This document shows positions 40,596 through 50,376 of a DNA stretch of 64,000 nucleotides, one piece after another. The stretch's first letter is position 1. Every line of letters begins with the position of its first letter. The position numbers were made by a program, and so were the translations under genes. Where the stretch lies: contig CBDCTK010000002.1 of the NCBI GenBank assembly GCA_965222225.1, positions 3,520,001 through 3,584,000 of the forward strand, written 5' to 3'. The notes below the pieces were generated by a model. That model searched no databases. It saw nothing but the letters and a program-made list of their open reading frames with translations, and was not told the DNA's origin. This stretch comes from Candidatus Poribacteria bacterium. GTDB taxonomy: Bacteria; Poribacteria; WGA-4E; JAJDTR01.

Positions 40596-41702
40596 TCAAA
40601 TAAATCGATCATAAACCACTTGCACCTGCTCCACGTGCTTGGCGATGCTGAAATGGCGCTCCGCGTGCGCTCTCCCCGCCCTTCCCATCTGCTTACAAAT
40701 CGACGGGTTTTGTATCAGGTGCACGATTTTGGCTGCGATATCTTCAATTGGGAATAGCGGAATAACCCATCCTGTTCTACCATCATCAATCATGTCTGCG
40801 GTGCTTCCAACCGGCGTGCCAATGACCGGTTTGCCCGCCGCCATGGCTTCGGGGATAACACTTCCCGCGGAGACAGTAACCAATAAATCCAATCCCTGCA
40901 TGACTGCCGGCATGTCCTCACGATGACCCATGCAGGTTATATACTTTGTGAGGTTCAGTTCCGAGATTAACCGGTGTAGTTCTTGCTCGTACGCAAGATG
41001 CTCAGGATTGGGTTGTGCGCCGCCAATAATCAGAAAACTCACATCTTGGCACTCTTGAACAACGTGTGATGCTATCTTGACAAATTCCTTCTGCCGCTTA
41101 AACGGCTCGATTCGACCCACCATTCCTATAACGGATCTCCGCAGCGAAAATTCTTGGCGGAGGGTATTTTGTTTAACTCCTGCTGATTCGAATGCGAATA
41201 AATCCACACAATTAACAATCACATTAATCTTGTCGGATGGAATACCTGCTTCAAGAAAAGGAGGCGTAAATTGCTCCGAGATTGAGATAATCGTGGACAT
41301 GTCGTGGAAGCTGTACTTTCTGACCTGATCGGGACGAATAGGGGCCCTAGCATGGGAAACGGTCGGAATCCCACACTGCCGGGCGACGTGAATTGAGTAT
41401 GGATTGTGCCACGAATCGGAAGCATGAATCAGTTGAATTTCTCGCTCTGCGGCAAGTTGAGCAAGTCGAGACGCTGCGGCATAGCGATAAAGAAGGTGTT
41501 TCCATTTTCGCCACGCCGGAAGGGAGTGAATGACGGTATCAATTCCTGCCGCACGCAGTTGGTCGGGGAACGCGCCATCATTGGGACAAACTACAATTGG
41601 CTGATAGCGCCTCCGATCCAGATTGCTAACGAGATAAAGTAATTGCCGCTCGGCGCCGCCGAAGATCGAACCACTCAGGTATAGGATACGCATCATAATC
41701 AC
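40596..41702 (-). CDS. GT4 family glycosyltransferase
   Basis: GGAERQL, GRIEPFKRQ, EAMAAGKPVI, MGRAGR. Confidence 0.9.
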   Translation of the reverse strand: MIMMRILYLSGSIFGGAERQLLYLVSNLDRRRYQPIVVCPNDGAFPDQLRAAGIDTVIHSLPAWRKWKHLLYRYAAASRLAQLAAEREIQLIHASDSWHNPYSIHVARQCGIPTVSHARAPIRPDQVRKYSFHDMSTIISISEQFTPPFLEAGIPSDKINVIVNCVDLFAFESAGVKQNTLRQEFSLRRSVIGMVGRIEPFKRQKEFVKIASHVVQECQDVSFLIIGGAQPNPEHLAYEQELHRLISELNLTKYITCMGHREDMPAVMQGLDLLVTVSAGSVIPEAMAAGKPVIGTPVGSTADMIDDGRTGWVIPLFPIEDIAAKIVHLIQNPSICKQMGRAGRAHAERHFSIAKHVEQVQVVYDRFI

Positions 41703-41930
41703 ATTTGGCGTTGGTACGATGGGATGAATGGAATTGGCGTATCTTTATACAAAACCGATTGGCTGTCAAGAGTAATCCCCCCACTTCAATTCATGGCTTT
41801 AAGAATTTGAAACTAATTCGTAATCCGTGAGTGACAAGAACGGGGGATTGGGTGTAACGTTGAGATGTTGAAATCGTATGGATACGAATCGGTTCAGCGA
41901 AATCACATCGAAGTTTGAGCGTATTGTGAG

Positions 41931-43244
41931 ATGGGCGACCTATCTCAGCCTAATCTCTTACGCCGTGTACCATTTCCTAAAATAATGAAACTCAACCTTG
42001 TCGACCAAAAACCGCGCGTTCTTCTATTGCTGCCGACGCGGACATATCGCGCGAATGATTTCTTGTCTGCCGCACGGCAACTAGATGTAGAGGTTGTTAT
42101 CGCGTCAGACCACCCGCAAACGCTCTCCGAACTTTCGCCGTTGAAGTCACTTTCGCTAGACTTTCGTTGTCCGGAACCGGCTACTCAAAAAATCACCGCA
42201 TTTGCAAAAGACTACCCGCTTGACGCCGTTGTCGGGGTGGACGATGACACAACTATCCTCGCCACTATGGCAGCAAAGGAGTTGTCTCTTCCGCACAATA
42301 CAATTGAAGCCGCCTACGCAACGCGGAATAAGCATCAACTGCGAAAAACCCTCGCCGAGGCGGGCCTCCACTCGCCGTGGTTTAAATTGTTGTCCGTCAA
42401 TGAAAACCCGGAGAAGATTGCGAATCAGATTGATTACCCTTGCGTCTTAAAACCTCTATCCCTTTCGGCGAGCCGCGGCGTTATTCGGGCAAATGACCTA
42501 GCGCAATTCACAGACGCCTTTGATCGGGTGGTTGCCATCCTCCAATCATCAAGCGAGGAAGATGAGCATCACGCCAAAGCGGAACACCTGCTCGTTGAAG
42601 GCTTCATTCCCGGAACCGAGGTTGCGCTTGAAGGCATTGTGGTACGAGGGAAACTGAAGGTGCTTGCCATTTTCGACAAACCCGATCCGCTGGATGGCCC
42701 CTTCTTCGAGGAAACGCTCTACATCACGCCGTCCCGACTTTCAGCCGACGTTCAGCAAGAGATTGCTTCGTGCACGGCGGATGCGGCGAAGGCGCTCGGT
42801 TTGAGAGAAGGACCGGTGCATGCCGAACTTAGGATAAAGGACGGTTGCGCTTGGATGCTCGAAATCGCCCCCAGATCGATTGGCGGTCTGTGCGCGCGAA
42901 CCCTTCGCTTCGGCACCGGAATGTCATTGGAAGAATTGATTATCCGCCATGCCATTGGTCACGACGTGAATTCGTTTGAGCGAGAAGAGAAAGCCGCAGG
43001 CGTGATGATGATTCCCATTCCGCATGCTGGAATCCTGCGAGAAGTGAGCGGCCAGTCACAAGCGGAGGCAGTTGAGGGGATTGAGGAGGTTACAATCACG
43101 ATTCCCATCGGTCAGGAAGTTGTACCGTTACCGGAGGGGAAGCAATATCTTGGCTTCATTTTCGCGCGTGGCGAAACTGCCAACGATGTTGAAACTGCCC
43201 TGCGAAAAGCGCATCATCGACTAGAGTTTGCCATTGAACCATAG
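41931..43244 (+). CDS. ATP-grasp domain protein
   Basis: YPCVLKPLSLSASRGVIRA, VEGFIPG.E, HAELR, EIAPRSIGG. Confidence 0.88.
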   Translation: MGDLSQPNLLRRVPFPKIMKLNLVDQKPRVLLLLPTRTYRANDFLSAARQLDVEVVIASDHPQTLSELSPLKSLSLDFRCPEPATQKITAFAKDYPLDAVVGVDDDTTILATMAAKELSLPHNTIEAAYATRNKHQLRKTLAEAGLHSPWFKLLSVNENPEKIANQIDYPCVLKPLSLSASRGVIRANDLAQFTDAFDRVVAILQSSSEEDEHHAKAEHLLVEGFIPGTEVALEGIVVRGKLKVLAIFDKPDPLDGPFFEETLYITPSRLSADVQQEIASCTADAAKALGLREGPVHAELRIKDGCAWMLEIAPRSIGGLCARTLRFGTGMSLEELIIRHAIGHDVNSFEREEKAAGVMMIPIPHAGILREVSGQSQAEAVEGIEEVTITIPIGQEVVPLPEGKQYLGFIFARGETANDVETALRKAHHRLEFAIEP

Positions 43245-43331
43245 ATGCCAGACCAACTATCGCGCGTAAAATCAAGAGCAACTGTTACGCCGGCTCCTAC
43301 GTACTTTGGCGAGTTGTGGATGACAATTCCA

Positions 43332-43360
43332 TTGCAATTCCTGGGGAAATCCATTATAAT
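43332..43360 (+). promoter_or_regulatory. sigma70 promoter of tatAC
   Basis: TTGCAA-17 bp-TATAAT. Confidence 0.6.
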
Positions 43361-43441
43361 ATCAATATCCCTTACACAGGAAGTCAGTACTCTAGTCAGG
43401 CAATTCGGTTGATAAATACGACTTAAGGAGGAGTTGGAACA

Positions 43442-43687
43442 ATGCCAGGTTCACTAGGCGGATGGGAGTTGATTATTATCCTCGTGGTTGTCCTTGTGAT
43501 CTTTGGGCCGAAACGCCTCCCGGAGATGGGACGATCTCTTGGAAAGGCTATTCGAGAATTCAAGAGTGCCGGCAAAGAGGTTCAAAGAGAGTTTACGGAA
43601 TCGATAGACCCTAACGCAGATTCGGCAAAACCGGCAGCTAGAGACACTAACGCCGGTTCAACCAAGCCGGAGAACAAAAGGACCTAG
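43442..43687 (+). CDS. tatA: Twin-arginine translocase TatA/E
   Basis: [33 protein letters not shown]. Confidence 0.95.
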   Translation: MPGSLGGWELIIILVVVLVIFGPKRLPEMGRSLGKAIREFKSAGKEVQREFTESIDPNADSAKPAARDTNAGSTKPENKRT

Positions 43688-43703
43688 CCGACAAACAGCT
43701 ATC

Positions 43704-44534
43704 ATGTCTGATCCCGAAGACACGTCGATGACTTTTTGGGGACATCTCGAAGAACTGAGACGGCGACTTATTGTGATTGCAATCGCGATCGGCGCCTTCA
43801 CTTTTCTGAGTTTGTCCTTTAGCCGCCCGATTGAGGCAGTCCTGCGATTTCCGATGGAGACCTCCATCAACACGATACTAGCAGGAATCATTGACCGCAC
43901 GGTTGGCGAAGAGGGTTCGATGATGGGGTTTCTCTCGGTGTCCTTAAAGGCTAGCGCATCGAATGTTGAAGCCGAATTGCTTAAGATTGGGCCAGTTGAA
44001 GGAATCATGGCATACCTCAAAATTAGCATTACTTGTGGCTTGTTGCTCGCTTCTCCGCTTGTGCTCTATCAAATCTGGGCTTTCATTTTTCCAGCCTTGA
44101 CGCAACAAGAGAGAAAGTTTGCTCTGCCGCTCTTCCTCATTATCGTCCTCTTTTTTGTGGTTGGCGTAACTTTCGCCTACCTAATCGTCACTCCGACCGT
44201 TCTCCATTTTTCTGCAAACCTCTTCCCCAACATGGCAAATCGTTGGGACATCGAAAAGTACGTGAACTTTATCACCCGACTACTGCTGGGGTTTGGCATT
44301 GCGTTTGAACTCCCGATTGTCATGGCGTTTCTGTCTTGGATCGGTGTTGTAAACTCACGAGGTTTTCGTGAAAAACAGAGTTACGCCGTCGTCGGAATCT
44401 TTGTCATGTCGGCACTGTTGACCCCTGCGGATCCGCTCTCCATGTTCTTGATGGCAGTTCCGCTCATTGTATTATATCAACTCGGGATCTTTTTCGCCTT
44501 TCTCCTCGAACGGGAATCTGAAACCTATGCCTAA
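43704..44534 (+). CDS. tatC: Twin-arginine translocase TatC
   Basis: HLEELRRRL, YQIWAFIFPAL, FGIAFELP, TPADP. Confidence 0.95.
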   Translation: MSDPEDTSMTFWGHLEELRRRLIVIAIAIGAFTFLSLSFSRPIEAVLRFPMETSINTILAGIIDRTVGEEGSMMGFLSVSLKASASNVEAELLKIGPVEGIMAYLKISITCGLLLASPLVLYQIWAFIFPALTQQERKFALPLFLIIVLFFVVGVTFAYLIVTPTVLHFSANLFPNMANRWDIEKYVNFITRLLLGFGIAFELPIVMAFLSWIGVVNSRGFREKQSYAVVGIFVMSALLTPADPLSMFLMAVPLIVLYQLGIFFAFLLERESETYA

Positions 44535-45273
44535 TTCCGGCCTCCAAGATCAACTTGGCTTGCTTTACCAGCTTCAACAGATTGAATTGACAATCTTGTC
44601 ACTGCACCAGCATCGACAAGCCATACCGCTTAAGATTGCAAAGCTGGAGGAGGAATTTCAGGTACATCAAGGAGCATTGGATGCGAAAAAGGAAGCGCTC
44701 GCAGAGACAGAAAGAGAATTACGTTCAAAAAATGCGGAGCTCACGGACCAACAGGAGCAACGTAAGAAATACGAAACTCAACTGCGAATTGTTAAAACCA
44801 ACAAGGAATATCAAGCATTAGATAAAGAGATTAGCTTTCAACAGGAAAAGGAAGCGGAAGTCGAAGATGCTATCCTCGGAATCATGTTGGATATCGATCG
44901 ATTTCAAGAGGAGCTTCGCCAAGGGCAGGTTTCCTTTAACGCGGAGAAGGAAAAAGTCCGCATCCAAAAAGCCAAATATGCGCAGGAGGAGAGAGATTTA
45001 GCGGCAGCAGTCGCGGCGCAGCAAAAGGAGCGCAAACGTTTTTCGCCCAGCGTAGGTAAAGATTTGATGAATAGTTACCAAGCATGGGTTAAGCGTCGCA
45101 AGACAGCGTTCGTGTCGATAGTAGCAAATAATGCGTGCGGCGGTTGCCGAATTGCAATCCCACCCCAGGCACTCAAAGAATCTCGTAAATTCGAAAAGAT
45201 TGTTCAGTGTTCAAGCTGCAAACGTATCCTTTTCCCTCTGCCTGACGTAGAAAAAGAAATCGAGAGCAAATAA
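44527..45273 (+). CDS. Coiled-coil protein with C4 zinc ribbon (DUF164 family)
   Basis: KTNKEYQAL..EI; CGGC...CSSCKRIL; start overlaps the tatC stop. Confidence 0.85.
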   Translation: MPNSGLQDQLGLLYQLQQIELTILSLHQHRQAIPLKIAKLEEEFQVHQGALDAKKEALAETERELRSKNAELTDQQEQRKKYETQLRIVKTNKEYQALDKEISFQQEKEAEVEDAILGIMLDIDRFQEELRQGQVSFNAEKEKVRIQKAKYAQEERDLAAAVAAQQKERKRFSPSVGKDLMNSYQAWVKRRKTAFVSIVANNACGGCRIAIPPQALKESRKFEKIVQCSSCKRILFPLPDVEKEIESK

Positions 45274-45545
45274 GCTTCCCACCGAAAACTCCTCTGCCAC
45301 CTCGCGCTGCGTTGTGCAAAGTAATCCCATAGAAATCCCTTTGCCGGTCGGAGTCCGTGTTGTTTAGGTGTACGGATTTCAGGCTGATTACATCCTCCCC
45401 AGACCCTAACATTACCGCATTTGAAAATAGGATTTATCGGGTGGTATACTTACGGTACGATCGGTACGATTTGAATTTGGAAGAAATCGCGATTGTGGAG
45501 GAATCAGGTGGCCAAGTTGATTAATCTTATCAAAGCGATTGTGTT

Positions 45546-45574
45546 TTGACAATCCTCTAAGCGTATGTTAAAAT
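45546..45574 (+). promoter_or_regulatory. sigma70 promoter (extended -10)
   Basis: TTGACA-17 bp-TAAAAT with TG at -15/-14. Confidence 0.65.
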
Positions 45575-45630
45575 GTGTGCGGCTGAAGATTAGAATTCGG
45601 CGTCCCATAGAATAAAAGGAGGTGAGAACC

Positions 45631-45834
45631 ATGGCAGCGCGCGACACCTACAAGTATCATCTGAAACAAGGAAATAAAATTATTCGTAGTGGTATTACTA
45701 ATGACCTAGACCGGCGGGAAGATGAACACCAGCGAGAATACGGAAAGGATGTTCATGTAACAAAGGTTGGAAGGGCCGCAACACGGGAAGGTGCCAAGGA
45801 CTGGGAAAAAGAGCAGAAGCGTGGTACCCCTTAA
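45631..45834 (+). CDS. Small (67 aa) GIY-YIG-like protein
   Basis: AAGGAGGTGA RBS; YKYHL...GITNDLDRRE.EH...WE pattern. Confidence 0.7.
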   Translation: MAARDTYKYHLKQGNKIIRSGITNDLDRREDEHQREYGKDVHVTKVGRAATREGAKDWEKEQKRGTP

Positions 45835-45903
45835 GGTACTAGGTTCATTTTTTGTCTTCGGATTGTATCGGCATGGAATCGCTATATAACCGGGGCTCAG
45901 GTG

Positions 45904-46008
45904 TCTCGGTTGTCGTTGAAGTCTTCTCGGTTGTCGTTGAAGTCTTCTCGGTTGTCGTTGAAGTCTTCTCGGTTGTCGTTGAAGTCTTCTCGGTTGTCGT
46001 TGAAGTCT
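45904..46008. repeat. 21-bp tandem repeat (TCTCGGTTGTCGTTGAAGTCT) x5
   Basis: Five identical adjacent copies with no spacers. Confidence 0.95.
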
Positions 46009-46164
46009 TTACGAATGTTGTGTTTGATATTGGCGGCAGAGCTAGGTCTAGTTTCTGCCGCCTTTTTTGCATTGTTACCGAGTATCATTTGATAATCGCC
46101 AGAAAAATCTTTTGGCAGTCAACTTAAATCAATACTAGAATGTAGCTATCATTGACGACAAATC

Positions 46165-46893
46165 ATGAGCACACCTAACGGCCTGAGCGGGGTTAAAGAA
46201 AAAATCAATGAGATAGAGGAAAAATCAGCCGATGGCGACTACATCTACCGCGGCGAACCTAAATGCTTTGAAGAAGTGTCCTCAAGCCTATGGCGTCAAT
46301 TTAGGAAAATGAGTGAGGAGCAGCAATTTGATATAGAGATTGTTGATATAGATTATGTCCAAGATGGGATTCTCAACGACGCTGAAAATTATGCCCGTGG
46401 CACCGAATCAGGATTTGAAATGATGGCACAGCTCCAACATTTCGGAGGTAAGACCAACTTGATAGACTTCACCACCGACTACCTGAGGGCACTTTTCTTT
46501 GCCTGCGATAACTTGCCTAACGAACCCGGTAGGCTAATCTTATTACAACAAACAGAGGAGATGACTGCAAAATACCAGATTGAGGAACCGCTAAATCCGC
46601 CAAACCGGGTAATTGCTCAAAAGAGCATATTTGTTCGACCGCCCAAAGGGTACATTGAACCGGAAGAATACGATATAATAGACATTCCAGAGTCCCTCAA
46701 ACAGTTCATGCTCGACCATCTACAAAAGTATCACGGTATATCTGCCGCAACCCTGTATAACGACCTTCACGGGTTTATCATTAATCAAGACAGGCACGAA
46801 GGGGCATACATGGAGTATTATAGAGCGATTACCTACCAACAAGAAAGAGAGACAGAAGATGAAACCCCTTACGAAATTGGATCGTCTCGATAA
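46165..46893 (+). CDS. FRG domain (N-terminal part of a frameshifted FRG-TPR gene)
   Basis: YIYRGEP, AQLQHFGGKTNLIDFT, ALFFAC, NRVIAQKSIF. Confidence 0.85.
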   Translation: MSTPNGLSGVKEKINEIEEKSADGDYIYRGEPKCFEEVSSSLWRQFRKMSEEQQFDIEIVDIDYVQDGILNDAENYARGTESGFEMMAQLQHFGGKTNLIDFTTDYLRALFFACDNLPNEPGRLILLQQTEEMTAKYQIEEPLNPPNRVIAQKSIFVRPPKGYIEPEEYDIIDIPESLKQFMLDHLQKYHGISAATLYNDLHGFIINQDRHEGAYMEYYRAITYQQERETEDETPYEIGSSR

Positions 46894-48886
46894 GGCAATC
46901 GAACACTACAATGAAGCCATTAGACTAAAACCCAATTTCGCCGAAGCCTATACCGGTCGTGGCGTTGCATACCAGAGGAAGGGCGAGTATGATCGCGCTG
47001 TTAGAGACCACAACAGAGCAATACAGCTGATACCCCACTATGCCACAGCCTATTTCAATCGGGGCAACACTTACCTCGGCATTGGTGATTTTGACCGCGC
47101 CATCGCAGACTTTACCAAATCAATTGCGCTGAAACCCAATTTTGCCGAAGCATATTCCAATCGCGGTGTTACTTACGAAAGCAAGGACAAGTATGACCAA
47201 GCAATTGAAGACTACAACAAAGCAATAGACCTGAAGCCCACTTATGGCGAAGTCTATATTAATCGAGGCAAGACTTACCTTGACAAAGGTGAGATTGACC
47301 GGGCAATCGGAGACTTTACTAGCGCGATAGAACTCAGGCCCAATTATGTCGAAGCCTATCGCGATCGCGGCCTAGCTTACAGCATTAAAGGCGATTCTGA
47401 CCGTGCCGTCCAAGACTTGACAAAGGCAATTCAACTTAAACCGGATTATGCCGATACCTATTACAATCGCGGTCTAGCTCACGGCACAAATGGCGATTCT
47501 GACCGTGCCATCGAAGACTTCACCAAAGCGATAGAATTGAATCCAGATTTTGTCGAAGCCTATTACAATCGAGGCGTAGCTTACAGGGAAAAAGGGGATT
47601 CCGAGCGTGCAATCCAAGACTATACTAAAGCAATAGACCTCAATCCCAATTACGTCATAGCTTATGACAATCGAGGAGAGACTTACCATAACGCAGGTGA
47701 TTCAGAACGCGCCATTGCAGACTTTACCAAAGCAATAGAATTGAATCCGGATTATGCCAAAGCCTATTATAACCGTGGTACTGCTTACGGCATGAAAGGC
47801 GATTATAATCGTGCTATCAAAGACTTTACCCAAGCGATAGTATTGAGACCGGATTATGCCATAGCCTATGACAATCGCGGCAATGCTTACAACAATGAAG
47901 GGGATTGTGAGCGTGCCATCATAGACTTTAACAAAGCAATAGAACTCAAACCTAATCATGCTACTGCTTATTACAATCGCGGGGTGGCTTTCAACAACAA
48001 AGGCGATTTTGACCGTGCCATCACGGACTTTACGCAAGCGATAGTCCTAGATCCTAGCTTTGCCTTAGCCTACTACAATCGCGGCGTAGCTTACGAACGC
48101 AAAGACTTGGTTGAGAGTGCCGTCGTAAATTTTACCAAAGCAATGGACCTGAACTCCAACGTTGCCACAGCAAATTTCAATCGCAGGGTGGCTTTTAACA
48201 ACAAAGGCGAGTATGACTGCGCCATTGAAGATTTTACGAAAGCCATAGAAGTCAAACCCGATTTCGCTGAAGCCTATAGCAATCGCGGTATTGCCTACAT
48301 GAGCGAAGGCAAGTTTGACTGTGCTATTGAAGATTTTACCAAAGCCATAGAAGTCAAACCCGACTTCGCCGAAGGTTATAACAATCGTGGAGTTGCTTAC
48401 GCCGAAAAAAGCGAGATTGAAACCGCAATTGAAGATTTTACTAAAGCGATAAACCTACAGTCCGACGATAAATCCGATTATATTGAGGCATATTACAATC
48501 TCGGTCTGGCTTACGCCAAACACGGTGAGATTAACCTTGCCATTGCAAACTTTAACAAAGTGGAACAACTGGAACCCAATGAACTTGATATCTATAATAA
48601 TCGCGGCATTGCTTACTACAATCAAGGCGATTATGAACGCGCCGTCAGTGATTACAGCAAGGCGATACAACTCAAGCCGGATGATGCCCATGCTTATCAT
48701 AATCGTGGCGAGGCTTGGCTACATTTGAGCAAATGGGACAAAGCCCGAGAGGATTTGAAGATTGCCAAAAACAAGGGCGTTGATATAATCGCTGCATTCC
48801 ACAACGACTACGAAAGCGTGGCGGACTTTGAGAAGAAAAATAATGTGAAACTGCCGGAAGACATCGCCACAATGTTGACAAACTGA
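46859..48886 (+). CDS. TPR-repeat region (about 18 repeats), +1 frame relative to FRG
   Basis: Repeated AY.NRG.AY...G..D.AI.DFTKAI.L.P. Confidence 0.9.
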   Translation: MKPLTKLDRLDKAIEHYNEAIRLKPNFAEAYTGRGVAYQRKGEYDRAVRDHNRAIQLIPHYATAYFNRGNTYLGIGDFDRAIADFTKSIALKPNFAEAYSNRGVTYESKDKYDQAIEDYNKAIDLKPTYGEVYINRGKTYLDKGEIDRAIGDFTSAIELRPNYVEAYRDRGLAYSIKGDSDRAVQDLTKAIQLKPDYADTYYNRGLAHGTNGDSDRAIEDFTKAIELNPDFVEAYYNRGVAYREKGDSERAIQDYTKAIDLNPNYVIAYDNRGETYHNAGDSERAIADFTKAIELNPDYAKAYYNRGTAYGMKGDYNRAIKDFTQAIVLRPDYAIAYDNRGNAYNNEGDCERAIIDFNKAIELKPNHATAYYNRGVAFNNKGDFDRAITDFTQAIVLDPSFALAYYNRGVAYERKDLVESAVVNFTKAMDLNSNVATANFNRRVAFNNKGEYDCAIEDFTKAIEVKPDFAEAYSNRGIAYMSEGKFDCAIEDFTKAIEVKPDFAEGYNNRGVAYAEKSEIETAIEDFTKAINLQSDDKSDYIEAYYNLGLAYAKHGEINLAIANFNKVEQLEPNELDIYNNRGIAYYNQGDYERAVSDYSKAIQLKPDDAHAYHNRGEAWLHLSKWDKAREDLKIAKNKGVDIIAAFHNDYESVADFEKKNNVKLPEDIATMLTN

Positions 48887-49189
48887 GTAACCGGCGAGAA
48901 AATCCGCGATTCAAACAATAAAGGAATTGCCGTGGTTATGTGAATAGGATTGTAGGGTGTGTGCTCCCTACCAAAAGGCGGGAAAGAAGACGTGGATTTC
49001 TATCCGTTAGCAGATTTCAATTCCGACAAGAGGCGGGCGATGCACTCGTGAATCTGCCCTTCGACGGACGGTTTCGGGGGCAGCCGGTGTTTGAGGAAGG
49101 CTTCGTAACCACCGGCAAGTCCGAGGTCGTAATTCTTTTTCGTGGCGATGTAGCCCGATTGCGAAAGTCTGCTAGGTTAGCTTCTCAAT

Positions 49190-50368
49190 TTAGCAAGACC
49201 GTTCCGTGGCAGTGCGTGCCGCGATGAACCCTTCAAGCGCTTCCTCCAACTCCTCACGCGTGTGGCTTGCCGTCGGCGTAATCCGCAGGCGGCTCGTACC
49301 CATCGGCACCGTCGGAGGGCGTATGCCGGGGGCGAAAACGCCTTCGTTTAGCAGTGCCTCCGCAAACTGCGTCGTCGTTTTCGCTTCTCCAAGGATTAGC
49401 GGCAGTATGTGAGTCTCGTTTGTAAGCAGTTGAAATCCGGCTTCTGATAGCCCGGTTTTGAGGGTGTGGACATTCGCGAACAAACGTTGGCGAAACTCGA
49501 AATTACAGCGGATTAAATCGATCGCTGCCGACGCAGCCGCTAATGTGCCGGGCGGAAGAGCTGTGGTGAAGATGAAACCGCGTGCCCGGTTAATCAAAAA
49601 ATCGATGAGGGATTGACTCCCCGCCACAAACGCCCCGACGCCTCCCACCGCCTTGCTCAACGCCCCGATTTGGATAATCCCCCGATCTCCCACTCCCAAG
49701 TAATCCACGAGACCGCCGCCAGACTGGCCTAGAATCCCGAAACCGTGCACGTCATCCACCAGTAACATGGAATCATGGGCCTCTGCTATCTCGCAGATTT
49801 CGGCAAGAGGCGGAAAGTCCCCATCCATACTGAAAACGCCGTCGGTCACAATCAGCCGACGCCTAAATCTTGAGGACTCGGAGAGTAGCTCTTTCAGGTG
49901 CTCCGGATCGCAGTGCCGATAAATTCGCTTGGTGGCTTTGCTGAGGCGACAACCCTCAATAAGGCTAATATGATTGCGTTCGTCGCTCAGAATAAGATCT
50001 TCCTCCCCAACGAGGGCAGGGATTGTGCCGATGTTGGCGAGGTAGCCGGAGCTGAAAACCAGTGCGGCTTCCGTGTTCAACATCGCCGCAATCTTCGACT
50101 CAAGTTCCTCGTAAAGGTGGCTATTGCCCGCGATAAGTCGTGACCCGCTTGCGCCGGTACCGTATTCCTGAACCGATTCGCACGCAGCCTTGATTACCTG
50201 AGGATGCGTGCTCAAGCCGAGGTAGTTGGTCGAGGCAAGCGAGATTACCTCACAACCATCAAGAAGGACGCGCCCCGTCGGGGCACTCATCATGAAGCGA
50301 AGTGAGCGCCAGTGCCCAGCCTGCTCTAGTTCGTTCCTCTCGTCTTCTAGCCAGCAATCTAAGTTCAT
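49190..50368 (-). CDS. bioF: 8-amino-7-oxononanoate synthase (AOS family PLP enzyme)
   Basis: STNYLGL, GASGSRL, FSSGYLAN, DGVFSMDGD, LSKAVG, IRPPTVP.GTSRLR. Confidence 0.85.
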   Translation of the reverse strand: MNLDCWLEDERNELEQAGHWRSLRFMMSAPTGRVLLDGCEVISLASTNYLGLSTHPQVIKAACESVQEYGTGASGSRLIAGNSHLYEELESKIAAMLNTEAALVFSSGYLANIGTIPALVGEEDLILSDERNHISLIEGCRLSKATKRIYRHCDPEHLKELLSESSRFRRRLIVTDGVFSMDGDFPPLAEICEIAEAHDSMLLVDDVHGFGILGQSGGGLVDYLGVGDRGIIQIGALSKAVGGVGAFVAGSQSLIDFLINRARGFIFTTALPPGTLAAASAAIDLIRCNFEFRQRLFANVHTLKTGLSEAGFQLLTNETHILPLILGEAKTTTQFAEALLNEGVFAPGIRPPTVPMGTSRLRITPTASHTREELEEALEGFIAARTATERSC

Positions 50369-50376
50369 TCCCGCGT

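Noticed and set aside
43442-44534. tatAC without tatB
   Set aside because: Minimal TatAC systems are common, and tatB may lie elsewhere
45904-46008. Possible CRISPR array
   Set aside because: Repeats are directly adjacent with no spacers, and there are no cas genes
46859-48886. TPR repeats as a diversity-generating retroelement target
   Set aside because: No reverse transcriptase or TR/VR pair with adenine-specific differences
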